Shown here one piece after another: positions 45,658 through 57,683 of a DNA stretch of 64,000 nucleotides. The notes beneath the pieces were generated by a model. It made no database searches, had not been told where the DNA came from, and saw only the letters and a program-made list of their open reading frames with translations. Position 1 is the first letter of the stretch; each line of letters begins with the position of its first letter. Position numbers and translations under genes: made by a program. This DNA is from an uncultured Actinomycetes bacterium (GTDB lineage Bacteria > Actinomycetota > UBA4738 > JBBDTT01), in NCBI GenBank assembly GCA_963742735.1, contig CAVUMN010000004.1, positions 576,001 through 640,000 on the forward strand, in the 5' to 3' direction.

Positions 45658-47325
45658 ATGCCCCGACTCTGGCGCCCCGCTCTTCCGCTCGGCGTGCTCG
45701 CAATCGCCGTCTTCTATGTGCTGCCCAGCGCGACCGCGCAGAGCATCTTCTACGACGTCTTCGCCTTCGTGTTGGTCGCGGGCATCGTCGCCGGCATCCT
45801 GATCAACAAGCCCGAGCGCTGGCGGCTGTGGGTCATGCTGGCCCTCGGGCAGGGCCTGTTCCTGGCCGGCGACGTCCTGTGGGGCATCTACGACCAGTTC
45901 CTGCACGTGGACCCGTTCCCGTCCAAGGCCGACGTGCTCTACCTGCTCGGCTACCCGCTCATCGCGGCCGCCCTGGTGATGCTGCTGCGCCACCGCTCGC
46001 CCGGCCAGGACCGTCGCGGGCTGATCGACGCGATGGTGATCTCGGTGGGGCTCGGCCTCCTCGCCTGGGTGTTCCTGATCCGCCCCTACGCCGTCGACCA
46101 CACCCTCACCCTCGCCGAGCAGGTCATCTCCATTGCCTATCCCACGATGGACGTGCTCCTGGTGGCGATCGCCGCGCGATTCGCGCTCAGCGCGGGCTCG
46201 CGAGTTCCGTCCTTCTACCTGCTGATGGCCGGGCTGGTGGTGCTCCTGGGAGCCGACGCGGCGTACCTCTACGGAGACCTCTCCGGCGCCTACGGCACGT
46301 CCACCGGGAGCCTGGTGGACGGCGCCTACCTGGTTCCCTACCTGCTGATCGGGGCGGCCGCGCTCCATCCCTCGATGCGGCGCCTCTCCCAGCACGACCC
46401 GCTGCCGCAGGGCCGGCTGACCTGGTCGCGGCTGGCGCTGCTCGGGGCCGCGTCCCTGACCGCGCCCGCGGTCCTGGCGATCCAGGCGGCCCGCGATGAG
46501 CCGATCGACGTGCCCGTGATCGTGGGGGGCTCCGTGATCCTGTTCCTGCTGGTGCTGACCCGCATGGCGGGGCTCTTCCGCGAGGTGGAGGCAAACGCGG
46601 GCGAGCTCGAGTTCCAGGGCGAGGCCCTGCGCTCGGCCCTCAGCGAGCTGCGGGAGACCGAGGCCGACCGGCGCCGGCTGCTCGACCGCATCCTCTCGGC
46701 GTCCGACCGCGAGCGCATGCGCCTGGCCGCGGACCTGCACGACGGCCCGATCCAGCGCCTGGCGAGCATCAAGTACGGGCTGGAGCGGGCGCGTCTCCAC
46801 CTGGAACGGGGCAAGTACGAGTCGTCCCGTCAGCTCCTTGGGGACGTCGAGCGGCAGCTCTCCCTGGAGACCCACGCTCTGCGCCGGCTCATGGCCGAGC
46901 TCCGCCCGCCGGCCCTCGACGAGAGCGGCCTGGTGGGGGCGGTGCGCGATCAGGTGGTCGGGTTCGAGCGGGAGACCGGGGTCGACTGCGATCTGCAGGC
47001 CGACGTGGAAGGACGGCTAGACCCCGAACTCGAAACGGTGCTATACCGCGTCATTCAGGAGGCGCTGACGAACGTGGCAAAACACGCGAGAGCCCGGCAC
47101 GTCGAGGTGAAGATCCGCTCGCTGGACGGCATGGTGGACCTCGACGTGATCGACGACGGTCTGGGGTTCGACCGCGGACGTGCCAGCGAGAAGGCGCGCA
47201 ACGGCCACCTCGGCCTGATCGCCATGCGGGAGCGTGTCCAGATGGCGGGGGGCACGTGGGCCGTAGACTCCGTTCCCAACGAGGGCACCCGGGTCCAGGT
47301 CCGATTCGAGAAGGTGAGCGCGTAG
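45658..47325 (+). CDS. Membrane sensor histidine kinase (HisKA_3/NarX-type)
   Basis: About 10 TM segments; ERMRLAADLHD, LRPPALDESGL, QEALTNVAKHA, DDGLGF, GLIAMRER. Confidence 0.93.
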   Translation: MPRLWRPALPLGVLAIAVFYVLPSATAQSIFYDVFAFVLVAGIVAGILINKPERWRLWVMLALGQGLFLAGDVLWGIYDQFLHVDPFPSKADVLYLLGYPLIAAALVMLLRHRSPGQDRRGLIDAMVISVGLGLLAWVFLIRPYAVDHTLTLAEQVISIAYPTMDVLLVAIAARFALSAGSRVPSFYLLMAGLVVLLGADAAYLYGDLSGAYGTSTGSLVDGAYLVPYLLIGAAALHPSMRRLSQHDPLPQGRLTWSRLALLGAASLTAPAVLAIQAARDEPIDVPVIVGGSVILFLLVLTRMAGLFREVEANAGELEFQGEALRSALSELRETEADRRRLLDRILSASDRERMRLAADLHDGPIQRLASIKYGLERARLHLERGKYESSRQLLGDVERQLSLETHALRRLMAELRPPALDESGLVGAVRDQVVGFERETGVDCDLQADVEGRLDPELETVLYRVIQEALTNVAKHARARHVEVKIRSLDGMVDLDVIDDGLGFDRGRASEKARNGHLGLIAMRERVQMAGGTWAVDSVPNEGTRVQVRFEKVSA

Positions 47326-47754
47326 ATGGCCGAGAACGCACCACGGCTCCTGCTTGTCGACGACGACGGCGGCATCCGCCAGGCGCTCCGCAACCTGCTC
47401 GAGGACGAGGGGATGGACGTCGTCGGCGAGGCCGGTGACGGCGCCGAGGGCGTCGAGCGCGCCAAGGAGCTCACCCCCGACGTCATCCTGATGGACATGC
47501 GCATGCCGGGCATGGGCGGGATCGAGGCCACGAAGCTCATCAAGGACGTCCTGCCCACCACGCAGATCGTCATCCTCTCGGTGTACGACGACCAGGTCCT
47601 GCTGCAGGACGCGAGCCAGGCGGGCGCGTTCGCCTACCTGGTCAAGGGCTGCTCCGCGAAGACCATCCGCGAGACGATCAACAAGGCCCATGCCCTGAAG
47701 CACGACCTCGACGGCGGCTCGTCGGGCAACGGCGAGGCCGCGCCCGAGGCCTAG
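47326..47754 (+). CDS. Single-domain response regulator (receiver)
   Basis: LVDDD, PDVILMDMRMPGMGG, YLVK; no output domain. Confidence 0.93.
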   Translation: MAENAPRLLLVDDDGGIRQALRNLLEDEGMDVVGEAGDGAEGVERAKELTPDVILMDMRMPGMGGIEATKLIKDVLPTTQIVILSVYDDQVLLQDASQAGAFAYLVKGCSAKTIRETINKAHALKHDLDGGSSGNGEAAPEA

Positions 47755-48536
47755 CCGCCCTTCGGCTGGCAGGCCGGACACCAGAACGTCACGCGCTCCC
47801 GCGTCGGTTCGCCCTGCATCCCCCGTTCGATTCGGGTGCCGCACCGGCGACAGCTCTCTCCGGCTCGCCCGTAGACCCAGTGCCGCCGTCCCCCTCGCGG
47901 GTCACCGGTGGTGATCTGCCGGCCGGTGTGACGGTTGGCCTCCATGAGGCGCTTCATGAGGTCGACCAGGCGCGGGAGGTCCACCGCGCCGGCCGGCGTC
48001 CACGGGTGGACGCCTCGCAGGTACAGGGCCTCCGACTTGTAGACGTTGCCCGGTCCCGCGATCAGACGTTGATCCACCAGGGCCTCACCGATCGGGCGCG
48101 CCGGATCGGCTCCGAGGTTGGCGGCGGCGGGCTCGGGGTGCCAGTCGGGTCCGAGGACGTCCGGGCCCAGGTGGCCGACCACGTCGTCCTCCCGGTCCGT
48201 GCGGAGCAGCTCGACGATCCCGAGCTTGCGGCCCACGGCGATCCACGGCTCGGTCTCCAGCACCGCTCGGATCTCGTCGCCCGGCCGCTCCCATCGTTTG
48301 CCGGGCTGGTACAGCCGCCACTCACCGTCCATCTTGAAGTGGGTGTGCAGCGTGAGCCCGCCGTCGGTCCGGGTCAGCAGGTGCTTTCCGCGAGCGACGG
48401 TTTCCAGGACCGTCTGGCCCGACAGATCCGCGGTGGCGTGCTGGGGGACCCGAAAGTCCGTGCGGGTCAGGACCTGTCCCGACAGCGCCGCGTCAAGCCG
48501 CCTGGCTGCGAGATGAACCGTGTCCCCTTCAGGCAT
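47751..48536 (-). CDS. nei: Endonuclease VIII-type (Nei) DNA glycosylase
   Basis: MPEGDTV, RGKHLL, H2TH DQRLIAGPGNVYKSE, zinc finger CRRC...CPACQ. Confidence 0.93.
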   Translation of the reverse strand: MPEGDTVHLAARRLDAALSGQVLTRTDFRVPQHATADLSGQTVLETVARGKHLLTRTDGGLTLHTHFKMDGEWRLYQPGKRWERPGDEIRAVLETEPWIAVGRKLGIVELLRTDREDDVVGHLGPDVLGPDWHPEPAAANLGADPARPIGEALVDQRLIAGPGNVYKSEALYLRGVHPWTPAGAVDLPRLVDLMKRLMEANRHTGRQITTGDPRGGRRHWVYGRAGESCRRCGTRIERGMQGEPTRERVTFWCPACQPKGG

Positions 48537-48550
48537 GTGAGGATCGAACC

Positions 48551-48799
48551 ATGGGTCGAGGGCGTCGACGATCGCCGTTCAGGGGCATCATGCGCCGGCT
48601 CGCCGGCAACGAGGACGAGGACGAGGTCGGCGACTATGACGTGATCGATCCCCATCCGCGCGCGGACTGGCGCTGGCAGCACTGGACCATCGGGCCAGGA
48701 GTTCGTCGTTTCACGATCCGAGACTTCCTGGTTCGCCTCGGGATCCTGGCCGCGTTCCTCGTGTCGGTCTTCCTCGGAGCATGGCTCCTCTACCGATGA
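48551..48799 (+). CDS. Small protein with C-terminal TM helix
   Basis: 82 aa; ATGA overlap with the next ORF; lower GC than the flanks. Confidence 0.6.
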   Translation: MGRGRRRSPFRGIMRRLAGNEDEDEVGDYDVIDPHPRADWRWQHWTIGPGVRRFTIRDFLVRLGILAAFLVSVFLGAWLLYR

Positions 48800-49065
48800 G
48801 GCACAGCGAGCGACAGGGCTGGCTGAGCCGGGTTCGAGGATGGATCGGCAGCGGAGGGCGCTGGCAGGGGAACGCCGTTGATGAGGCGCACCAGCGGGCC
48901 GGAGAAGCCGGCTTTCCGGGAAGGCGCGCGCTCAGTACCCGTCGGGCCTATTACTTGCCCTCTCGCAGATCCCTCGCGCGATTCCTCATGTTCGCGTTAG
49001 CGGCGGCGGCGGCGTTTCTGCTCGTCGTCTTGTTGATCTCGGCGATCGGCGAGATCCTCGACTGA
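48796..49065 (+). CDS. Small protein with C-terminal TM helix
   Basis: ATG 48796; ends abutting the lhr stop; lower GC than the flanks. Confidence 0.55.
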   Translation: MRHSERQGWLSRVRGWIGSGGRWQGNAVDEAHQRAGEAGFPGRRALSTRRAYYLPSRRSLARFLMFALAAAAAFLLVVLLISAIGEILD

Positions 49066-52000
49066 TTAGGCGCGGAGGCGGAGGCCCTTGGTGGTCTGGC
49101 GGAAGCCGGCGCCGGCGAGGGCCGTCGCCAGGGGGGTGTTGTCGAACACGGTTTCGCCGTCGGACTTCTCGACGGTCAGGGTTCCCAGCAGGCCGTCGCG
49201 GATCGCGAGGGCGAGCGCGTCGACGGCGCGCTGGATGTCCTCGGGGTCGCCGGTGTAGGTGAGCAGCGTCCGCCCGCCCTTCTCCACGTAGACCACGAGC
49301 CGTCCGTCGACCAGGACCACCGACGCGCCGGCCTTGCGGCCCGGACGGTGTCCCGCCCGCTCGGCGTCGCGCTCGGGCCACGGCAGTGCCGCCCCGTACG
49401 CGTTCGCGGGGTCCGACGCGGCGAGGACCAGCGTGAGCGGGTCACGGGGATCCTCGCCCATGCCGCGCATGCGGTCGACGGCGCCCGGCAGCGCGAACTG
49501 CGCGCCGCCGAGGCCCTCCACGAAGTAGCCGCGCCGGCATCGGCCCGACTCCTCCATCGCCTTCAGCACGCCGTAGACGCCGGCGAACCCGCCCGTCACG
49601 TGCTCGGACATCGACGCGCCGCGGGTCACGATGCCGTGGCGCTGCAGGAGCTGCTCGGCCGCGGCGTGCAGGCGCCGCGTCGGGTCGGCCTCGCGGCCGG
49701 GGAGCAGGCTCCATCGTCCGGCACCGGCGGGGGGCCCCAGCCGGCTCGGCAGCGGCGGGCCACGTCGGGCCGTCCGGCGCCGGGGTGACGCCTTCAGCCC
49801 GCCCGCGGTGTAGGCGCGAAGGGCGGCGAGCGTGTCGTTCGTGGCCAGCCCGGCCCACACGAGCTCCCACAGCGAGGAGAGCACCTCCCGGTCGTCGGTC
49901 GAGCCCACGGCGTCGACGATCTGCCGGAAGAACAGGGCGCCTTGCGACTCGAGCGCCTCGCGTACCGCCTCGGCGCCCGGCGAGAGCTCCACGGGCATGG
50001 GGGAGGGCAGGAGCAGGGCCGACCGGTCCGCGGTCGCGAGCACCACCCAGCCGTCATCGTGGCCGAGGGCGCCCGCGCCGGCCCACACCACCTCCCCCGA
50101 GGCGGTCAGCTCGTCCAGGAGCCGGGGCTCGAACCCGGGCAGGCGCGCGGGGAGGACCTGTCGTTCGAGGGCCGAGGCCGGGACCGGCGCCCCCTGCAGC
50201 TGCTCGACGGCGCGGAACACCTCGTCCAGGCCGGAACGCCGCGCGCCCGAGGGCCCGAGCCCCTGCCACGCCACCAGGAACCTGGCGAGGGCGTCCTGCG
50301 GCACCGGCTCGACCTCTCGGCGAAGGGCCGCCAGCGATCGCCGGCGAAGCCGCCGGAGCACCTCGGCGTCGATCCACTCTCGCGCGGCCCCGCCGGGGCG
50401 GAACTCGCCCTGGACCACCCGCCCGGTCCCTTCCAGCCGGCGGAGCGCCTCCGCCGCCACCGCCACGCCGATGCCCAGCCGGCCGGCGGCCTCCTCGGCC
50501 AGGAACGGCCCGTGGGTCCGGGCGTACCGCGAGACCAGGTCCCCGAGGGGATCCTCGACGGGCTCCAGCAGCGATTCCGGGACCCCCGGCGGAAGCGCCA
50601 CGCCGAGCCCGTCTCGCAACCGCGCCGCGTCCTCGACGGCCGCCCATCGCTCCTCGCCCGCGACCCGGATGGCGATCGCCTGGTGCGAGGCGCGGAGCTC
50701 GTCGAGCCAGGCCTCCACCTTCGCCGGCTCGTCCGATCGGGCCGCCGCCTCCGCGGTCGAGAGGTCCCCGAGGCGTAGCAGCAGGTCGTGCAGCGCCTCC
50801 GGCCCCCGGGCCTTCCGGTCGCCGGTCAGGTGCTGGAGCTCCAGCTCCAGGTCGCCGAGCGCGGCGGAATCGATCAGGTCGCGGAGCTCCTCGCGGCCGA
50901 GCAGCTCCGCCAGAACGCTTCGGTCCAGCGACAGGGCCTGCGCCCGCCGCTCCGCCAGCGGCGCGTCTCCCTCGTACATGAACGCGGCCACGTATCCGAA
51001 CTGCAACGACGAGGCGAACGGGGACGGGAACGGAGTGTCGACCTCGACCACCCGGATCTCCCGGCGGCGGATCGCCCCCATCAGCTCCTGGAGGCCCGGC
51101 AGGTCGAAGACGTCCTGGAGGCACTCACGGAACGTCTCGAGGATGATCGGGAAGGTCCCGTACCGGGACGCGACCTGGAGCAGCCCGGCGCTGCGCTGTC
51201 GTTGCTGCCACAGCGGCGTGCGTGACCCGGGCCGGCGGCGGGGCAGGAGCAGGGCCCGTCCCGCGGACTCCCGGAACCGGCTGGCGAACAGCGCCGAGGA
51301 GCCGACCGCCGCCACCACGAGCTCCTCGATCTCCTCCGGCTCGAACAGGATGGAGTCGGCGGGCGGGACCTCGTCGGCCTCGGGCAGGCGAACGACGATC
51401 CCGTCGTCGGTGTACATCGTCTGGACCTCCAGGCCGAGGCGCTCCCGGACCCGGGACTCGATGGCCTGCGCCCACGGCGCGTGGACCGGCGCCCCGAACG
51501 GGGAGTGCACGCACACCCGCCAGTCGCCGAGCTCGTCGCGGAACCGTTCGATGACGATCGTCCGGTCGTCGGGCAGCGCGCCGGCCGCCTCCAGCTGCTC
51601 CTCCAGGTAGCCGGTCAGGTTGCGGGCGGCGTTCTCGTCCAGGCCGGCGTCCCGGAGCCGGGCGAGGCGCCCCTCCTCCGGCAGCGCGACGAGCTCGCGG
51701 ACGTAGGCGCCCCGAGCGCCCGCCCAAGCTCGACCGGCCGCCCGGGCGCGTCGCCGTGCCAGAAGGGCATCTTCCCGGGCTGGCCGGGCGCCGGCGTGAC
51801 CAGGACGCGGTCGTGGGTGATCTCCTCGATCCGCCACGAGGACGCGCCCAGCACGAAGACCTCGCCCGGGCGCGACTCGTAGACCATCTCCTCGTCCAGC
51901 TCGCCGACGCGGGTGCCGCGCCCCCGGCCAGGAACACGCCGAACAGGCCGCGGTCGGGGATCGTCCCGCCGCTGGTGACCGCCAGCCGCTGCGCGCCCGG

Positions 52001-53482
52001 CCGCGCGGTGAGGGTGTCGCGCACGCGATCCCAGGTGAGCCGCGGGCGGAGCTCGGCGAACTCGTCGCTCGGGGTATCGTCCGGACAGCATGTCCAGGAC
52101 GCTCTCCAGGCCACTGCGCGGAAGCTCGGCGAACGGCGCGGCGCGGTCGCACGAGCGCCTCGACCTCGTCGACCGTCCACGCGATCCATGGCCGTCATCG
52201 CCACGATCTGCTGGGCGAGGACGTCGAGCGGGTTGCGGGGGTAGCGGATCGCCTCGATGGCGCCCGGCCGCCATGCGCTCGACGACCACGGCCGACTGGA
52301 CCAGGTCGCCCCGGTACTTCGGGAACACCACGCCGCGGCTGACCTCGCCGACGCGGTGGCCGGCGCGGCCGATCCGCTGCATGCCCGGTGGCCACCGACG
52401 TGGGCGACTCGACCTGGATCACCAGGTCGATCGCGCCCATGTCGATGCCGAGCTCCAGCGAGCGAGGTCGCCACCACCGCGGGAAGGCGTCCCCGCCTTG
52501 AGGTCCTCCTCGATCTGGAGCCGCTGCTCGCTGCTGACGCTAGCCGTGGTGCGCCCGCGCGAGGGGCTCGCCGGCGATCTCGTTGAGCCGCGCGCACAGT
52601 CGTTCGGCTAGGCGCCGCGAATTCGCGAACACCAGGGTCGACGGTGTGCTCCCGGATCAGCTCGACCAGGCGCTGCTCGACCGCCGGCCACACGCTGGTG
52701 CGCTCCTCCGGTGAGCGCGGATCGCTCGCCGATTCGCCCGGGGCGGCGAGGTCCTCGACGGGGACGACGACTGACAGGTCGAGCCGCTTCTCGCTCGGGG
52801 GCTGGACCACCGTGACCGGGCGGCCTCCGGCCAGGAACGCGGCGACCTCCTGGACCGGACGGACGGTGGCGGATAGGCCGATCCGTTGCGCGGGCCGCTC
52901 CAGGAGGGCGTCCAGGCGCTCGAGGGACAGCGTCAGGTGGGACCCGCGTTTCGTCGCGGCGACCGAGTGGATCTCGTCGATGATGACGGTCTCCACGGAG
53001 CGAAGCGCCTCGCGGGCCTGGGAGGTGAGGATCAGGTAGAGCGACTCGGGCGTGGTGATCGAGGACGTCCGGCGGGGTGCTTGCCGAAGCGGCGGCGGTC
53101 CTCGGCCGGCGTGTCGCCGGTCCGGACCGGGACGTCCACGGAGGGTTCCGGGAGGCCGAGCCGCTGAGCGGCGCCGCGCATGCCCACCAGAGGGGAGCGC
53201 AGGTTCCGTTCGACGTCGACCGCGAGCGCCTTCAGGGGCGAGACGTAGACCACGCGCAGCCGTCGCGACGGCTCGAGGGGTGCCGGGTCGTTGGCCAGGC
53301 GGTCGAGGGCCCACAGGAACGCGGCGAGGGTCTTGCCCGAGCCCGTCGGGGCCACGACGAGGGCGTGCTCGCCGGACGCGATGGCGTCCCACGCCCCGGC
53401 CTGAGCCGGCGTGGGCTCGGGAAACGCCGCCTGGAACCACCCGCGGGTGGCCGGGGAGAAGCGATCGAGGGGGGAGGCGCAC
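49066..53482 (-). CDS. lhr: Lhr long ATP-dependent helicase (multiple frameshifts in 51.7-53.5 kb)
   Basis: APTGSGKT, SPLKALAVDVERNL, TTPESLYL, DEIH..TKRG, QRIGRAGH, NPLDVLAQQI, SGGTIPDRG, IERFRDELGDWR, RGYFVEGLGGAQFA, spread over several frames. Confidence 0.92.
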
Positions 53483-53516
53483 GGGTCGATCCTAGACGCC
53501 GGGGCCGATACGGCTC

Positions 53517-56500
53517 TTAGACGGACTACGCCGAGCGATGCGAGCAGGTCTCGGGCGTGTGACGTCTCCCGCGCCGCGCCGATCCGCGCCAGGTCCTCGT
53601 ACGCCGCGGCCGCCTCCGCGCGGGCCCGCGCGGGCGAGGCGCTGACCAGCGCGGAGGCGAGGTCGAGGCGCGTGCGGGCGTCCTCCCAGCCGGCGTCGAG
53701 CGACGCGAACCGGTCCAGGGCATGGCGCAACGAGCGCGACGCCACGTCGGGCTGGCCGTCGGCCGAGGGCGGCCCGCCCCTCGAGCCGGTCGGCGAAGGC
53801 CGGCAGGGCCTGCAGCCCGTTGTCGGCGGCGTGCTGCGCGCCTCGCTCAGCAGCTTGTCGGCGTCGTCCCATTCACCGGCCTCGGCGACCAGCTCGCAGC
53901 GGGCCTCGAGGATCAGGCCCGGCGTTCTGGCGGCTGGTGTTGGGGTCCACATCGTGAAGGATGGTGCGCGCGCGTTCGAACTGGCCCCGGCGGGCGAGGG
54001 TCTCGCCCAGCCAGCTGAGATCGACGCCGAGCGGGGAGGGGCGTGCGTCTCGGAGACGTGGCCAGGCGTTCAGGTAGCGGTCGGCCGCGCCTCGGTTGCC
54101 CATGCAGTCCAGGAGGAAGGCGGCGCCGCCGTACGCGCGGAGCGCGAAGCCGGGTGGCTCGTCCCAGCGGTCGCCGAGGAACTCGTTCATCCGTGCCAGC
54201 GTGGCCAGGGCGTCGTCCCAGCGGCCGATACGGATCAGGGCGAGCATCCGCCAGGTCAGGCGTGCAGAGGTCGACGCCCGGCGTGCCCTCGGAGAGGGCC
54301 GACACCCTGGTCCGCGTTGGCCAGCGTCGCCGCGTAGCGGCCGACGTGGAACTCGCCCCAGGCGGCGACCGCGTACAGGTCGCCGAGCTCGAAGGGGTCG
54401 CTCAGCTTCGGGACCAGCGCGAGCCGTCGCTCGAGGATCCGCTGCTGTCCGCCGTAGTCCCCGCGGCCAGATCGCTCGCGGCGAGCGGCGTCGAGCGCGG
54501 CCGAGGCCAGGTCCGGTCGTCCAGCCGCTGGGCCATGGCCGCGGCGTCCTCGGCGTCGCGCCGAGCCGCTTCCTCGCCGTCCTCCGCGAGGTCCTGTGCG
54601 GAACGCGAAGGGCCAGAAGGCCCGGGCCACCAGGAGCCGGACCCGCGTCGTGGTGTCGCCCGCCTCCAGGTTCTCGAACCCGAGGTCGATCACCTCGCGG
54701 ACCTCGTTCGGCGGCCGGGGTCGTCTTCATGGACCCCGGCCAGCGCGTGGGCAGGTCGGCGCGCTTCGCGCACAGCCGCGCCAGCCGGCGGCGGTCCTCC
54801 TCCGTTTCGCGGGGCTGAGACCTTGATGGCCTCGTCCGTAGACGTTCCAGCGCATCGTCGCCCCGGTACTGCAGGAACTGGCGCGTCTCCCAGGGCCTCG
54901 AGCGCCTCGGAGTGCTCGCGGCCGTCCATGGCGATCGAGTCCGCCTCCTCGGCCAGGTGCATCCGCCTTCTCCAGTGCCAGACGTCTTGCGCGCCTCCTT
55001 CGAGGCGGAGAGCAGGGTCGAGACCGCGCCGGCCGCAGCGCGCTCGGTGTCCGCCGCCTCGGACGGCGGGTCGTCCTGGGCGGCCCGGAAGGCCTCCAGG
55101 AAGTGGTACGCCAGCAGCTCGGCGAACTCGGCCTGCCGCTCGCCGGCGGTCGTCTCGATCCACTCGGCGACCCGCCCGTGCGCCCTGGCGCGCTCCGCGC
55201 GGGGGAGCGTGCCGTAGGCGACGTCACGGGTGAGGACGTGCTTGAAGATGTACTCGCGCTCTCCGCCGATGGTCGAGCCGAGCCGGGCCGAGACGAGGTC
55301 GCGGCCCTCGAGCTGGCCGAGCAGCTCCTCGAGGTCCGTCGCCGTCGCCGTTGAGCAGGTTGCCGACGGTGCCGGTCCAGAAGACGCGCCCGACGACGGC
55401 GGCCGACTGCAGCGCCCGCTTCTCCGCCGGCTCGAGCAGGTCGATGCGCGCGGCGAGGACCGCCCTGCACCGTGTCCGGGATGACGACGTCGTCGATCGC
55501 TGCCGCCGCCATCCAGCCGCTGCCGCGGCGGACGATCTGCCCCTCGTCGATCAGCTGGCGGATGATCTCCTCGAGGAAGAACGGGTTGCCCTCGGCCCGG
55601 TCCAGGATGCGGTTGCGGAGCCGCTCGGGGAGCTCCTCGACCGTCGAGCAGGAACCCGACCAGCCGCTGGGCGTCCTCCTCTCGACAACGGTTCCAGCGA
55701 GACCCCGCTGGCAGTTGCGGCGCCCGCCGCCCCATCCCGGCCGGCGCTGGGTGAGCTCGGGACGGGACGGGGCACAGGAACAGGACCGGTCCGACCACGC
55801 GCTCGGCCAGCTCCTCGAGCAGGTCGAGCAGGGCCGGGTCGGCCCAGTGGATGTCCTCGACGATCACGATGACCGGGCGCTCGCGGGCCAGGCCCGAGAA
55901 CAGCGAGCGCCACGCCGCGTGCAGCTCCAGGCGGACCTGCCGTGGCGGGATGCTGCGCGAAGTCGTGCCGGGATCCTCGAGGCCGACGGTGTAAGGCGAG
56001 GGCGTCGGCGGCGCGCGCCGGCGTCCGGCGACAGGCCCTCGGCCAGGACCGAGCGCGCGAACGTCCGGATCTTCGCCAGGGCCTCGGCGGCGGGGTCCGT
56101 GGTCGAGCACGCCGGCCTGCTCCTTCAGGATCTCGCGCCAGCGGCCAGTAGGTGACCCCGTCGCCGTAGGGGAGGCACCGGCCCGCGCAGGACCAGTGGC
56201 TCGGGCTGCTGCAACCCGGCCCATTCCACGAACTCGCGGGTCCAGCCGGCTCTTGCCGACGCCCGGGTCGCCGTAGATCGTGACCAGGTGCGGGCTGGCC
56301 CTCCTCGTGACCCGGCCGTAGACGCGCTGGAGCAGGGCGAGCTCGTCGTCGCGGCCGACCATCGGCGCGTGCAGTCCCGGGACTCCACGCTCCACGATTC
56401 GCTCGGGCTGTGGCACGGGACGCCACGAGCTCCATCGCCGTGCGATCGGGCGATCCTTGCCCACGAGCTGGACCTGCGCCCAGCGGACGGAACCGGAAGC

Positions 56501-57142
56501 TGCGGGCCGCGCGGGCGGTACGCCGCGAGACCAGGACCTGCCCGGGCTCGGCCTGACTGCTCGAGCCGGGCCGCGACGTTGACCGCGTCGCCGGTGACGA
56601 TCGCCTCGCCCGGGCGCGGGTCGGTGACCGCGATGACCTCGCCGGTGTTGATGCCCACGCGGATCTGCAGCTCGACGTCGTGGGAGCTCGAGAGCCCCTC
56701 GTTCAGGGCGACCAGGCGAACGAGCATCCGGTACGCGGCGCGGACCGCCCGGGTGGGGTCGTCCTCGTGGGCCTGGGGCACGCCGAACGCGGCCATGATC
56801 GCGTCGCCGATGTATTTCTCGACCGTCCCGCCCTCGGCCTCGATCTCCTTGCGCATCGCGTCGAAGAACGAGCCCATCACGTCGCTGAGTGACTCGGGAT
56901 CGAGCCGCTCGCCGAGCGATCGTCGAGCCCACGACGTCGGCGAACATGACCGTGACGATCTTGCGCTCGCGCCCGGGCTCGGGCAGCTCCTCGACGGGCG
57001 TTCCGCAGGCCGAGCAGAACCGGGCGGCCTCCGGGATCTCTGCGCCGCAGCGCCTGCACGCGGGGACCAGGGACGTGCCGCACGACGCGCAGAAGCGCGC
57101 GTCGCTCGGGTTTTCCGCTCCGCACGTGGCACAGCGGTCCAT
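53517..57142 (-). CDS. Double zinc ribbon / class III nucleotide cyclase / AAA ATPase / TPR-like protein (many frameshifts; end approximate)
   Basis: CATCG..FCASCG, ERKIVTVMFADVVGST, KYIGDAIMAAFG, GDAVNVAARL, MVGRDDEL, GDPGVGKSRL, EDIHWAD, GNPFFLEE, FKHVLTRDVAY. Confidence 0.88.
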
Positions 57143-57225
57143 GGGCAGAAGTGTAGGTCGCCGAAGCCGCCGGGCGGCGACGTCCATCGGGTCCATGTGT
57201 CCGCACCGTCCCGCACCCGCAGGGG

Positions 57226-57251
57226 GGATTGTTTGCATTGGTGGTGGGTAG
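57226..57251 (+). promoter_or_regulatory. SigF/SigB-type promoter of the cupredoxin gene
   Basis: GGATT-N15-GGGTAG upstream of the AAGGAGG RBS. Confidence 0.5.
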
Positions 57252-57287
57252 GTTCCGCCCTCGAGACCGACGCGGAAGGAGGAACCC

Positions 57288-57671
57288 ATGCGAGGACGCA
57301 TGCGAATGCTGGCCGTGCTGCTGGCGGTCGTGGCGCTGCTCGGGGCGGCGTGCGGTGACGACACCCCCAGCGGCGACGGCGGAACGACCGGGGCACCCAC
57401 GGACGGGGTCGACGGCGAGGCGCAGCCGCTGGCGGCGCTGGACAACGAGTTCAACCCGTCGGACGTGACCGTCGAGTCCGGCGGGACTATCGGCTTCACC
57501 AACATGGGAGAGAACGAGCACAACTTCTCCGTCACCGACCAGGACATCAGCGAGGACGTCGAGCCCGGCGACTCCACCACCATCACGATCGATCTCGACG
57601 CGGGGAGCTACGAGTTCTTCTGCGAGTACCACGAGAGCGCGGGGATGACGGGGCGACTGACGGTCCTGTAA
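57288..57671 (+). CDS. Cupredoxin (blue copper) lipoprotein
   Basis: Lipobox GAAC; type-1 Cu ligands HN and CEYHESAGM. Confidence 0.92.
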   Translation: MRGRMRMLAVLLAVVALLGAACGDDTPSGDGGTTGAPTDGVDGEAQPLAALDNEFNPSDVTVESGGTIGFTNMGENEHNFSVTDQDISEDVEPGDSTTITIDLDAGSYEFFCEYHESAGMTGRLTVL

Positions 57672-57683
57672 CCCCCTCGCCGA

